Notes under the pieces: generated by a model
The model's database searches: none
The model's input: only the letters and a program-made list of their open reading frames with translations
Told to the model about the DNA's origin: nothing
Made by a program: the position numbers and the translations under genes
Virus record (IMG/VR): IMGVR_UViG_3300043399_000848
Coordinates: 1-61,443 of that record
Direction: 5' to 3' (one strand)
DNA length: 61,443 nt
DNA from: a virus
Taxonomy: Duplodnaviria; Caudoviricetes
In this document: positions 36,807 through 45,846 of the stretch, one piece after another
Layout: the number at the start of each line of letters is the position of its first letter
Numbering within the stretch: the first letter of the stretch is position 1

Positions 36807-38905
36807 TTCTTAAACCTCCTCGAACGATATGCCTCGTAGCTCAGCGGAAGGTCCGCGTACCAGTCGGCAGGCTTGCACATCAGTCGCCCAAATTCTTCCT
36901 CGGATCCAAAGCCCTCGGGAACGTGGGCCATCAGCTCGTCGTGGGCCATCAGCACGATCGGGTACCCGGCGGCCTCGACGTTCATCGCGCCCTGGGCCAG
37001 GATGTCGCGAGCGGTGCCTTGCACAGCGCTCTGGTAGATGCTGCTGCCGATCAGCTTGTGCCGGCAGAACTTGCGCGTGTACGTGTCGACAGACTCGACC
37101 GCGACCACCGGCCGGCGGGCCTTGCGCTTCTCGGTGGCGCACGTCTCCGGGTTGTAGAAGTCCTCGAACCAGGGCGCGTCCTGAATCTCCACACGAGGCG
37201 ACGACCAGGCGATCACGCGGCCGCTCGGCAGACGCATCCAGAGGAAGTTCTTGTGGACCTTCAGGGCCAGCTTCTCGCCGGCCTTGAACCACTCGCCAGG
37301 GTTCTGCGTGGCCTTGATCGAGGCGTCGCCGCAGGCGTACCAAGAGTCGCGGATCTTCGACCACTTCTTGCGCAGCAGAGCGACCGCCTGCTCGCCCTGT
37401 TCGAGGGTCATCGTGACCCCGTACTGGATCGCGTAGTCCACCAGGCCCTTGCCGCCCAGAGAGAAGATCCCGCCAAGAATGGGCGCCTTACTGAACTGGC
37501 GCTGGTCCTTCGTGACCTTGTCGTAGGGAACCCTGAACAGGTCCACCGCGTACATCTTGTAGGGATCGAGCCCGCCCCTGAACGCCTCGACCAGGTCGTG
37601 CTGGCCGGACAGCCAGGCGGCCACCCGGACCTCGACGTTGGCATAGTCAGCGTCGATGAAATCGTGCCCGGGCTTGGCCTTGAGCACGCCGCGGATGCAG
37701 CTAACGGCCGCGTCCATGACATCGTCGCCCCACAACAGGATCGCGGCCTCGTGGTCGCCCGAGCCGAGGATCTCGTGCGCGTTGGCGATGTCGTCGAGGC
37801 CCTTCTTCTCGTTGACCATCAGCGTGGGCCGAGCGATGTTTTGCACGTTGAAGCCACCTCGGCTGGCCCACCGACCGGTGCCCGCGCCGTGGTACACGAA
37901 CAGGTTCTTCATCGTGCCGTCGTCGGCGGCGATCTTCAGGATCCGGTCGTACTTGGCCGTGCTCGTCTGGCACACCGCGGCGCGGATCTCCAGCGCCCGG
38001 CGAACCTCGGGCGTCAGGTCGGTCCTCTTGAGCACGGACTCGACCGTGTCTCCGGTCATGTCAGGCATCAGGTCGTCGGTGTCCTTCTCCTCGTCGAAGG
38101 TCACCGGCTCGGCGAGGCCATGCTGCTCGTTGACCCATGTCAGCAGCCCGTTGCGATCGGTGGCTCGCAACACCCGCCGGCCGGTGATCCCTCTAAGCTC
38201 CCGGTTCAGCCGCTCCTTCTCGGCCTCGACCAGGTTGCGAATGTTCTTCGCCTCGTCCAGTGCCACGGGCACGCCACGCAGGTTCATCCTCTGCGTGAGC
38301 AGCCACACCTCCTGCTCGAAGTCGGACAGCGGGCGTAGCTTGGCGGCTACAGCCTCCTCCGTGACCACGTCCTGGGCGTTGTACGAAACGAACTCTGCAA
38401 ACAGCTTCTCGTCCTCGACCCACTTCCCCGCGCGCTTGAGCGTGGGCGGATGCGGCACGCACAACCTCTGGATCAGGTACTTGCCCCGCTTGTCCTTCTG
38501 CTGGTCACTGGGCAGGCCCAGCGCCTCGGCGCACTTGCCCAGAGCCTGAGGCAGGTTCATCGCCGCTGCCTGCGCCATCGTGTCGACGCACTGCTCCAGC
38601 TTCAGCGGTGGCCAGCCGTACTTGGGCACGCAGACGTTGGCCCAGATGTTGTATTCGAACATCGCGTTCCAGGCCCGGATGCGGCCGCCCGAGGCAACGT
38701 GGTCGAGCAGCTGCTCCAGCTCCTGACGTCGGCACCAGTCGTCGGACAGGTGCGGCCCGCGGTGGGACACGACTGGCACGGCCATGTCCGGCATGCGGAA
38801 GGCCAGCATCAGAGCCTCGCACTCGGGATCCTTCGAGTAGCGCTCGACACCGAGCTTGATGTCGGTGGCACTGCGTGACTCGAAGTCGATCGGTACGATG
38901 CTCAT
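36803..38905 (-). CDS. DNA polymerase, family A, with 3'-5' exonuclease
   Basis: IDFES, WNAMFE, YNAQD; GTGRW, DYANVE (motif A), RQFSKAPILG (motif B), AHDEL (motif C). Confidence 0.93.
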   Translation of the reverse strand: MSIVPIDFESRSATDIKLGVERYSKDPECEALMLAFRMPDMAVPVVSHRGPHLSDDWCRRQELEQLLDHVASGGRIRAWNAMFEYNIWANVCVPKYGWPPLKLEQCVDTMAQAAAMNLPQALGKCAEALGLPSDQQKDKRGKYLIQRLCVPHPPTLKRAGKWVEDEKLFAEFVSYNAQDVVTEEAVAAKLRPLSDFEQEVWLLTQRMNLRGVPVALDEAKNIRNLVEAEKERLNRELRGITGRRVLRATDRNGLLTWVNEQHGLAEPVTFDEEKDTDDLMPDMTGDTVESVLKRTDLTPEVRRALEIRAAVCQTSTAKYDRILKIAADDGTMKNLFVYHGAGTGRWASRGGFNVQNIARPTLMVNEKKGLDDIANAHEILGSGDHEAAILLWGDDVMDAAVSCIRGVLKAKPGHDFIDADYANVEVRVAAWLSGQHDLVEAFRGGLDPYKMYAVDLFRVPYDKVTKDQRQFSKAPILGGIFSLGGKGLVDYAIQYGVTMTLEQGEQAVALLRKKWSKIRDSWYACGDASIKATQNPGEWFKAGEKLALKVHKNFLWMRLPSGRVIAWSSPRVEIQDAPWFEDFYNPETCATEKRKARRPVVAVESVDTYTRKFCRHKLIGSSIYQSAVQGTARDILAQGAMNVEAAGYPIVLMAHDELMAHVPEGFGSEEEFGRLMCKPADWYADLPLSYEAYRSRRFKK

Positions 38906-39741
38906 GCCCTGGCTAGCGCATGATCTCGGGGGACCTTGAAGCCGGCCGCCTTGGCGTGCCCGCCACCGCCGTACTGCTTCGCCACCTCGGACACGTCCAC
39001 GCCCTCGTCGGCGGCACGCAGGCCGAACACGCGGCCCTCGGCTGTGTCCCAGTAGCAGGCCGCGAACGGCTCGCCCTGCGCCATCAGGTGCGCGGCATCG
39101 CTCACCAGCGTGTAGGGCAAGCTGGCCACCGGCACGTCATAGGCGCCGATCACCATGCGCCGCTTGCACACCGCCACCAGTTCGGCCACGTCCTTGTGGT
39201 GCTTGCGCTCGATGGCCGCGCCGGCTGCGGTCATCTGCAACAGCTCGACCTGGTCCGCGCTCATCAGTCGGTCCCAGTTCTCGAACGTGTACTCGTGCGA
39301 AAACACGAGCGCCTGGATCTCGCGGGTGCCGGGCAGCTTGAACCGCCACAAATCCCGGTCTTCAATGTGCCCGAGCAGCAGCGGCCGGTCCTCGCCCGGG
39401 AACAGATAGTCCCAGGCCAGCGTGGAGCCGCTGCGGTTCAAATCGCAGAACCAACCGAAACGGTCGCCGTAATCCAAACTGCGCAGTGGCAGCAGGTCAT
39501 CCATGGCCGTCTTGTGGTGGTCGATCAGTGTGACGCGATTGGCCGTCGTCAACATCTGCTCCACGACGGCCCGCTTGTAGCTGAAGTCCACGAGGAACAC
39601 ATCCCGCCCACGCACGTCGGGTGGGTCCTGCTGGTACACGCCAGCGTGGTAGTCGGCGCCCGTGCCGTACTTGCGCCAAAAGCACCAGGCGGCGCTAAAA
39701 CCGTCGGCGCAATTTCCGTGGTAGATCACAAGAGGCTTCAT
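38902..39741 (-). CDS. DHH/DHHA1 phosphoesterase
   Basis: YHGNCADG, VDFSY, IDHH, EDRDLW, GGGGHAKAAGF; GGAG RBS before ATG 39741. Confidence 0.88.
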   Translation of the reverse strand: MKPLVIYHGNCADGFSAAWCFWRKYGTGADYHAGVYQQDPPDVRGRDVFLVDFSYKRAVVEQMLTTANRVTLIDHHKTAMDDLLPLRSLDYGDRFGWFCDLNRSGSTLAWDYLFPGEDRPLLLGHIEDRDLWRFKLPGTREIQALVFSHEYTFENWDRLMSADQVELLQMTAAGAAIERKHHKDVAELVAVCKRRMVIGAYDVPVASLPYTLVSDAAHLMAQGEPFAACYWDTAEGRVFGLRAADEGVDVSEVAKQYGGGGHAKAAGFKVPRDHALARA

Positions 39742-39755
39742 GACTTCTCCGTTGT

Positions 39756-39894
39756 TAAGCGACCAGATTGCCCGCCATCCTGCTGTTGTTGTTACCCCAG
39801 GGGAGCAGTTTGTGCATGCCGAGAAAGTTGAACTCGATCGGGACTTTCCGGCTAGCATGGCGGGCCTTGGCAGCACCGTGGTCAGCGGCGCTTA
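39756..39894. other. Intergenic nested inverted repeats (candidate structured RNA)
   Basis: TAAGCG/CGCTTA, GCCCGCCAT/ATGGCGGGC, CTGCT/AGCAG, GCCGaGAAAGT/ACTTTCCGGC. Confidence 0.4.
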
Positions 39895-39920
39895 GGAGAT
39901 CCCCCGGCCCGGTTGTTCCG

Positions 39921-40106
39921 TCAGTAGGTGGTGCCGCCCTCGCTGACCTCGTCGTGCAGCGTGGGGAAGTCGCCAGTGGGCGGGAGCTGCGCTTCGGCCT
40001 GGACCTTGATCGTGGTCAGCGCGTTGGCGGTGTTCTGCTGCAGGAGGTTCAGCGCGTTCAAAGCCGCGTTGACCGTTTCCAGCGAGAGTTCGAGCTTGAG
40101 GATCAT
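39921..40106 (-). CDS. Hypothetical protein
   Basis: AAGGA RBS; operon position. Confidence 0.6.
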   Translation of the reverse strand: MILKLELSLETVNAALNALNLLQQNTANALTTIKVQAEAQLPPTGDFPTLHDEVSEGGTTY

Positions 40107-40117
40107 GCTGGTTCCTT

Positions 40118-40735
40118 TCAGTTCAGGAGGTCGTCTTCGTCGTCGAAATCGTCGAACTCGTCAGCGGCGCTGCGTCGCGAACCGCCCAGCGCCTCGCCGT
40201 CGCGGACCTTCTGCAGGCTGTTCAGGTACACGCCGACGCCGCCCTTGCCCTTCGGGTAGAAGGCGAAGTTGATCGACGCGCGACCCCAGTCGCCGCTCTT
40301 GACCTGGGACTCGGTCAGGGTCTTCAGCTTCCCCTCGGAGTCGCGCTCCATGCCCACGACCTGGGGCGCCGGGAGGGCGTTGCCGTCCTTGTCCTCGGCG
40401 GCCGTCTTGGCGCTGACCACCCACACGCCGGGGATCGGCTTCGGGTTGCCCTTGCTGTCTGTCAGCTTGTCGCCGTCCTTGATCGGGCAGTGGAACTCGG
40501 GGCCAGGCTTGCCCTCGTGCTTGATGTACAGGTCGCGCTGCTCCTTGTAGGCGGCGTCGAGCGCGGCCTTGTCCTCGGAGTTGGCCTTCGGGATCAGCAG
40601 CTGGACGCTGTACTCCTCCTTGCTGTTCTGCGTGTTCAGGTGAGGGCGGAACACGTGGAGGTAGCTGAAGCGGACGGGCTTGCCCTTCTCGCCTCCCAGA
40701 CGCACGGTCGTTGCCTTCGGTTTCTCGGTTGCCAT
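40118..40735 (-). CDS. ssDNA-binding protein (DUF2815/T7 gp2.5-like)
   Basis: RFSYLHVFRP, YSVQLLIPK, PIKDGD, LNSLQKVRDGEALGG, acidic tail. Confidence 0.85.
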   Translation of the reverse strand: MATEKPKATTVRLGGEKGKPVRFSYLHVFRPHLNTQNSKEEYSVQLLIPKANSEDKAALDAAYKEQRDLYIKHEGKPGPEFHCPIKDGDKLTDSKGNPKPIPGVWVVSAKTAAEDKDGNALPAPQVVGMERDSEGKLKTLTESQVKSGDWGRASINFAFYPKGKGGVGVYLNSLQKVRDGEALGGSRRSAADEFDDFDDEDDLLN

Positions 40736-40780
40736 CGTTGACTTTCGGTTGACTGCCGGCGTCCGGCCGGCGGCGGGCGA

Positions 40781-41998
40781 TCAGTCGAGGTGACCGAACG
40801 CTTCGTCTGCGTCCCCCTTGGACGCGGACGTGACCTTCCTGCCGCTGCCCTTCGGGGCCAGGGTCGGGGCCCCCGGGGGCTTGTGCAGCAGGTCACCCAG
40901 GAGTTCGGTCAGGTTCTTCGCACCGACCAGCTTCTCCAGCTGGGTCAGGTTGACCAGCTCCGGGTCCTTGTAGATCTCGCCGGGCTTGTACCCGTTGTGG
41001 ATCAGCACGTGCGCGGCCTTGACGGGATCCCTGACGACACGGTTGCTGCGCCCCTCGACGACCTCGTACCTGCTCAACTCGATCAGCCCACGGCTGGCGC
41101 TCTTGACCAGGTACGACTTGACGTCGCCCATCCACTTGGTCGCGATCGCAGCCCTGTCGTAGACCCGCTCCAGCTGCTCGGGTGTCAGCTCCTCGGGGTC
41201 GCGCAGGCTCCACGGCTGCTCGGCCGCTTCCAACATGTACCGAGCCCTGGCCGCGCACTTGAACCGGGCCTTGCAGAACCCCGACGAGCAGTGCTCACCA
41301 GGCGAGAATCTGGCCTGGCTGAAGTCGCCGTGCAGCGCAGCCCACGCGATCGCTGCCCGCGGCACGACCAGCTCGTCGGCCCACGCCAGGATCCCCTCCG
41401 GGCCCTCGACGTCCAGCGTCTCCGCGGCGACGTTGCTCAGCCTGGGCTGGTGGATGACCACCTCGACCTGGCTGAAGTCGTACAGGAGGTGGTACGCGTG
41501 GTAGGCGCCCAGCCCGTACAGGCGCAGCTGTCCCTTGTCCGTGACGCGCACGCCCTGCCCGAACTTGAGGTCGATCACGATCACCCGGCCGGGCATGATG
41601 ATCACCACGTCGCCCGTGCCGAAACCCTCCGGCACCCACTGGCTGAAGTCGAGGCGCTGCTCCAGCATCACGACGACGTTCTTCGGGCCGTACTTCTTGC
41701 GGCACTCCTCGATCGTCTTGATCACGTACTCGACGTACGTGTCGATGTGGTCGCTGAACTCGCGGTTGTAGAACTCGCTGTAGTCGGGGACCAAAGACTC
41801 GTCGTCGTGCGGACCCTGGCCCAGGTAGTTCCTCAGCCGGGTCTCTGCGACAGCGTGTGCGCACGTCCCCTCGCGGCTGTAGTCGCTGTCCTCGTCCTCG
41901 ATGTCGCGCTCCATGTAGGCGCTCATCGTGCAAGCGGACCACTTCTTGAACCCGCTCGCGCTGAGCTTCGCATGCGCCCTCGGCGCGGCATCGGTCAC
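40781..41998 (-). CDS. DUF2800 / Cas4-like PD-(D/E)xK exonuclease
   Basis: HAKLSAS, EGTCAH, GFGTGD, IDLKFG, QLRLY, HQPR, C-terminal Cys cluster. Confidence 0.85.
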   Translation of the reverse strand: MTDAAPRAHAKLSASGFKKWSACTMSAYMERDIEDEDSDYSREGTCAHAVAETRLRNYLGQGPHDDESLVPDYSEFYNREFSDHIDTYVEYVIKTIEECRKKYGPKNVVVMLEQRLDFSQWVPEGFGTGDVVIIMPGRVIVIDLKFGQGVRVTDKGQLRLYGLGAYHAYHLLYDFSQVEVVIHQPRLSNVAAETLDVEGPEGILAWADELVVPRAAIAWAALHGDFSQARFSPGEHCSSGFCKARFKCAARARYMLEAAEQPWSLRDPEELTPEQLERVYDRAAIATKWMGDVKSYLVKSASRGLIELSRYEVVEGRSNRVVRDPVKAAHVLIHNGYKPGEIYKDPELVNLTQLEKLVGAKNLTELLGDLLHKPPGAPTLAPKGSGRKVTSASKGDADEAFGHLD

Positions 41999-42309
41999 TC
42001 GTCGCTCCCGGCCAGCAGGTCGCGGCGGCCGCTCTCGACCAGGATCGTCCGCTCACGGTCGGGACCGATGATCGACTCGCCCACGTCGGGACGGTTGACC
42101 GAGGCCTGGGACGCAGCGGCGGCCAGGATCTGGTCCATGTTCTCGGCCAGGAACTTGCCCACCACGTGGGCGGCGCTGCGCGGGTTGAACTCGAACGGCT
42201 TCTGCACGCCGCCGATCTCCAGCTCGCCCGTCTTGAGGTTGTCCTGCAGCACGATCACCACGCTCGGCGCGGCGAGGTCCATCGTCAGTTCGGTGCTCTC
42301 GTCAGACAT
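41995..42309 (-). CDS. Hypothetical protein
   Basis: AAGGAG RBS before ATG 42309. Confidence 0.6.
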   Translation of the reverse strand: MSDESTELTMDLAAPSVVIVLQDNLKTGELEIGGVQKPFEFNPRSAAHVVGKFLAENMDQILAAAASQASVNRPDVGESIIGPDRERTILVESGRRDLLAGSDE

Positions 42310-42721
42310 TGCAGAACTCCTTCGCAGCTGCCAAGAAGGCAGCCAGGCTGTCACTCGGGACCGACTTGAGGCCGTCGGGGCCGAAACGCTTGATCAGGGC
42401 GCGGGCCTCGGCCGATCGCTCGCCGCGCATGTGCGGGGTCAGCAGCGTTCGGATCTGCACACGGACCTCCTCCTCGTCAGCCGCGGGCGGGGGAGGGGGC
42501 GGTTCCACGCCGGCCATCTCGTCGACCAGGGCCACGTCCTCCGCGGCCAGCGTGACCGGGGCAGGCGGGGCAGGCGGGGCAGGCGGGGCAGGGGGGACGC
42601 GGACCAAGCCCGGCGCGGTCCACACGTCCTGCGTGACGGGCGCCCGCCACTCCTTGACCGCGCGCTCGGCGGCGGCCATCACCTCGTCCAGCGAGGCACC
42701 GCTGAATTCGATCTTGATCAC
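42302..42721 (-). CDS. Hypothetical protein with Pro-rich linker and helical C-domain
   Basis: GGAGG RBS; PPA repeats; position before DUF2800. Confidence 0.6.
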   Translation of the reverse strand: MIKIEFSGASLDEVMAAAERAVKEWRAPVTQDVWTAPGLVRVPPAPPAPPAPPAPVTLAAEDVALVDEMAGVEPPPPPPAADEEEVRVQIRTLLTPHMRGERSAEARALIKRFGPDGLKSVPSDSLAAFLAAAKEFCNV

Positions 42722-42912
42722 GGCAGCACCTCCAGCGCGGCCGCGCGGACACGCACCACCGCTCCGGTGTGCACGTCCTTGATCTCGAACCAGTAGCCGC
42801 GGCCGGTCCGCAGCACTCGGGCGATCTCGCCCAGTCCCTCCTGGACGCCTCGGGGGGTCCTGTACAGGACTCGCACTCCGGGCACCAGGTTCGCATACAG
42901 TTTGGTGGTCAA
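42718..42912 (-). CDS. Small SH3-like hypothetical protein
   Basis: GGAGG RBS before TTG 42912. Confidence 0.5.
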   Translation of the reverse strand: MTTKLYANLVPGVRVLYRTPRGVQEGLGEIARVLRTGRGYWFEIKDVHTGAVVRVRAAALEVLP

Positions 42913-42933
42913 GCTGTCCTCCGTTGGTGGCAC

Positions 42934-42970
42934 GCCAGTATAACTGTCATCTCCTGACAATGTGGTTGTA
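42934..42970 (-). promoter_or_regulatory. Leftward promoter region with two operator-like palindromes
   Basis: GCCAG-TATAA-CTGTC (42934-42948) overlapping a minus-strand TATACT, and GACAA-TGTGG-TTGTA (42956-42970). Confidence 0.5.
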
Positions 42971-42990
42971 TTCCCGACACGGGCGCTGGG

Positions 42991-43713
42991 TTACTCCAAC
43001 GAGATCAGGTACGCGGCCGCCTCCTCGGCGGTGCTGACCTGTCGGATCGAGACCCCGAACAGGTTCTTGGCCGTCTCCAGGGTGCCGTTGTAGTCGACCA
43101 CGTCTTTGGACCACACGACGAGGTGCTTCGAGAACGCCTGCGCCAGGGCTCGCTCATAGAGCAGGAGCCTGCCCATGTGGAAAGTGAGCGAGTCGATCGA
43201 CGAATTGCCCGTGTAGCAGCACATCGTCTTCCCGTGCTTATACCTCACCCGCATCGGGAACGGATGTGAGGACACCTCCACGTCGAAGCAGCCCTCGTGC
43301 TCAGGGTTGGTCTGCACCAGGTGGTACTCGACGGCACGCCAGAACGTCTCCTCGGCACGTGTCGGGCGGTCCGTTGCGCGACGCAGGGGGTGACCCAGGA
43401 AGGTGCCAGAGTGGCCTGCGTGAGTGGGCCCTAGAGCAGGCGCAGCCTGCGGGCCCGTGGACGACACGACTCCGATCTTCCACACGTCACCCGGGTCCGC
43501 GGCGTCGTTCATCAACCACTCGATCGGGACCCTCGTCAGGCGGGATACGGCCATCACCTGTTCGGCACTGGGGCGCGACCGGGAGTTGGGGTCCTTGGAC
43601 TCGAAGAAAGCGTAACCGCTGCGGGTGATCCCGCATGCGGCAGCGAGCTGGGCCTGGGTCATGTCAGCGAAACGCCTGGCGGCCCTCAGGCGCTCCCACA
43701 GTTGGCTTGCCAT
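42991..43713 (-). CDS. XRE-family HTH repressor (CI-like)
   Basis: RLRAARRFADMTQAQLAAACGITRSGYAFFE...VPIEWLM; at the divergence point. Confidence 0.8.
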   Translation of the reverse strand: MASQLWERLRAARRFADMTQAQLAAACGITRSGYAFFESKDPNSRSRPSAEQVMAVSRLTRVPIEWLMNDAADPGDVWKIGVVSSTGPQAAPALGPTHAGHSGTFLGHPLRRATDRPTRAEETFWRAVEYHLVQTNPEHEGCFDVEVSSHPFPMRVRYKHGKTMCCYTGNSSIDSLTFHMGRLLLYERALAQAFSKHLVVWSKDVVDYNGTLETAKNLFGVSIRQVSTAEEAAAYLISLE

Positions 43714-43761
43714 AGTTTGCACAAAGTAACACGCAGATTGTCCTACTGTCCAGCCCGGGCT

Positions 43762-43814
43762 TTGCTTGGCAACTCTTGTCGATTACATTCAGCTGCGACG
43801 ACAGCGAGGCTGTC
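43762..43814 (+). promoter_or_regulatory. Candidate rightward promoter plus operator
   Basis: TTGCTT-16 nt-TACATT followed by GACAG-CGAGG-CTGTC (43800-43814). Confidence 0.45.
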
Positions 43815-43836
43815 CTTCAACCGAACGGAGATCAAC

Positions 43837-44163
43837 TTGAGACCGAACTTCCTGGGGCCCAGCGCAGCCCCCAACCCCGACGTCGGCGAGGACGAAGAGT
43901 GGATGCCGGTCGAGTCCGGCGCCTACGCCATGCTGGTCCATTGCTACGGGACCGGCGGGGAGCTGCAGAACGTGATCCCCTGCCCGATCCTCGGGTTCGT
44001 GCTGCGGCCCTTCGGGGTCCACAGGGCTCTGAGCCTGCGCGGGTGGGTGCTGATGTCTGAGATCTCCGTCTGGACGCCCGACGGGTGCGTCATGGCCAAG
44101 GGCGGGGTCATGTTCCCCGACCTCGAAACGTACGTCGTGTGGGCCAAGGAGAACGTGTCGTGA
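43837..44163 (+). CDS. Hypothetical protein
   Basis: GGAG RBS before TTG 43837. Confidence 0.6.
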   Translation: MRPNFLGPSAAPNPDVGEDEEWMPVESGAYAMLVHCYGTGGELQNVIPCPILGFVLRPFGVHRALSLRGWVLMSEISVWTPDGCVMAKGGVMFPDLETYVVWAKENVS

Positions 44164-44558
44164 CTCCCTGGGGTGCGGTCGTCGAAAGCGTCATCCTGGC
44201 CCTGCAGACGCTTGGCAGGGGCACTCTCCACGACGTCGTCGAGGAGACCGGCCTGAGTCAAGAGGCCGTGCGCAAGCCTCTGAACAGGATGTGCCGAGAG
44301 CCGATCGAGAACCGGCGTCTGCACATCTGCGAGTGGACCAGGGTCGCGTTCCACGGGCGTGTCTACCCGCGGCCGGTGTACGCGCTCGGTGCCAAGCCGA
44401 ACGCCAGGAAGCCGAAGCCGAAGACCCACACCGAGCTCGCTCGTGAGTGGGCCAGGAAGAGCCAGGCGCTGGCCTCGGCGATCCGTTTCGGGCACGTGCC
44501 TCAGAAGGAGGCGATCAAGATCGTGGCCGCGGCGCGCAAGGCCGGGGCCCGCATTTAA
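44160..44558 (+). CDS. Winged-HTH DNA-binding protein
   Basis: TLHDVVEETGLSQEAVRKPLNRM...RPVYALG; GTGA coupling. Confidence 0.6.
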   Translation: MTPWGAVVESVILALQTLGRGTLHDVVEETGLSQEAVRKPLNRMCREPIENRRLHICEWTRVAFHGRVYPRPVYALGAKPNARKPKPKTHTELAREWARKSQALASAIRFGHVPQKEAIKIVAAARKAGARI

Positions 44559-44570
44559 AAGGAGTACGAG

Positions 44571-44717
44571 ATGAAGCGAATCGACCCCGAGCAGCCGCCC
44601 TATGTCGAGGACAGCACTCGCACGTGCGTGGGCCTGAGGATCGTCCTCGCGGCAGCGATCGTGTGGATGCTCGCCGTCGCTGCGGTGATCGTCGTCGCCA
44701 CGGGGAGCGGCGCGTGA
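44571..44717 (+). CDS. Small single-TM protein (48 aa, not in the ORF track)
   Basis: AAGGAG RBS; MKRIDPEQPP...IVLAAAIVWMLAVAAVIVV. Confidence 0.6.
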   Translation: MKRIDPEQPPYVEDSTRTCVGLRIVLAAAIVWMLAVAAVIVVATGSGA

Positions 44718-45337
44718 TCGCATCCGCGGCCCTCGCCGCAGCAGTGGCCACGTGCAGCTGGGACAGGCCCGGCCTAGACCCGTTCATGGGCGACGTCGTG
44801 TCCGCGGTTGACCGCTACACGGACATCCCCGCCGACGTCAGGGCCACGCTCAAGGCGCGCATGTTCGCTCGCCAGTACGACGAGGTGGCGGAGATCACGC
44901 GTGACGAGATCAGGGGCGAGTTCCTGTACGACAACCTACGCGACATGCACTTCGGGGACGGCCGCATCTGCCGGCGCGTCTCGCGCAACTGGCCCTCCGG
45001 GCTGGTCGAGCGCGGCCTCGTGTACTGCGAGGAGGGCCACTGCCTGATCGTGCCCACGGTCTGCCGCAACGTGTCCCGCATCACCCGCGTGAGCCGCGCG
45101 CAGCGCTCCGAGGAGCTGCCTGAGATCCGCATCGAGATCCCCGGTGGCCCCGGAGGTGGCGGGCAGAGCCTGACCTTCGCGCCCCTGGAGACCGATGAGA
45201 GGCACCAGCCGGTGCCGCCCCTGCCGCCCATGCGTGGCGGCTTCACAGAGCCGATCCCCGAGCCCAGCACCTGGGCGCTGTTCCTGATGGGGATCCTGAT
45301 GTTGATGATTTCAGTGAAGAAAGGATGGGAGAAGTGA
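44714..45337 (+). CDS. MHFG-family PEP-CTERM surface protein
   Basis: CSWDRPG, DMHFG, ERGLVYCE, VPTVCRNVSRI; C-terminal IPEPSTW, TM helix and basic tail. Confidence 0.85.
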   Translation: MIASAALAAAVATCSWDRPGLDPFMGDVVSAVDRYTDIPADVRATLKARMFARQYDEVAEITRDEIRGEFLYDNLRDMHFGDGRICRRVSRNWPSGLVERGLVYCEEGHCLIVPTVCRNVSRITRVSRAQRSEELPEIRIEIPGGPGGGGQSLTFAPLETDERHQPVPPLPPMRGGFTEPIPEPSTWALFLMGILMLMISVKKGWEK

Positions 45338-45846
45338 AGAACGTAACTGAAAACGCCAAGGTCTACGGCAACGCTCGGGTCTACGACGACGCTCGGGTCT
45401 ACGGCGACGCTCGGGTCTACGGCAACGCTCAGGTCTCCGGCAACGCTCAGGTCTACGGCGACGCTCTGGTCTACGGCGACGCTCTGGTCTACGGCGACGC
45501 TCTGGTCTACGGCGGCGCTGAGGTCTCCGGCAACGCTCAGGTCTACAACAACGCTCAGGTCTACGGCGACGCTCGGGTCTCCGGCAACGCTCTGGTCTAC
45601 GGCGACGCAGTGATCGAGAAGACCAGCGACTACCTCGTCATCGGCCCAGCCAAGTCGAGCGGGCGCTTCACCACGGCGCACCGCGACAGCAAGATCGGCG
45701 TGCGGGTCAACTGCGGGTGCTTCACAGGCACGGTGCGGGAGTTCAGCGCGGCAATCGAGGAGACGCACAAGAACAACCGCGAGGCGCTGGAGCAGTACCG
45801 TCTGTTCTGCCAACTGATCGCATTCAACTTTGGAGTGACGGAATGA
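45334..45846 (+). CDS. Left-handed beta-helix hexapeptide-repeat protein
   Basis: 14 x V[YS]G[ND]Ax followed by a CGCFxG domain. Confidence 0.8.
   Translation: MKNVTENAKVYGNARVYDDARVYGDARVYGNAQVSGNAQVYGDALVYGDALVYGDALVYGGAEVSGNAQVYNNAQVYGDARVSGNALVYGDAVIEKTSDYLVIGPAKSSGRFTTAHRDSKIGVRVNCGCFTGTVREFSAAIEETHKNNREALEQYRLFCQLIAFNFGVTE
45361..45612 (+). repeat. 14 tandem 18-bp units (GTCTACGGCGACGCTCNG consensus)
   Basis: Read directly. Confidence 0.93.

Noticed and set aside
36366-38905. 2-aminoadenine (Z) or deazaguanine genome modification
   Set aside because: No PurZ, DatZ or Que/Dpd genes recognised
40781-41998. CRISPR-associated Cas4
   Set aside because: Standard DUF2800 nuclease in the SSB-polymerase module; no array or other cas genes
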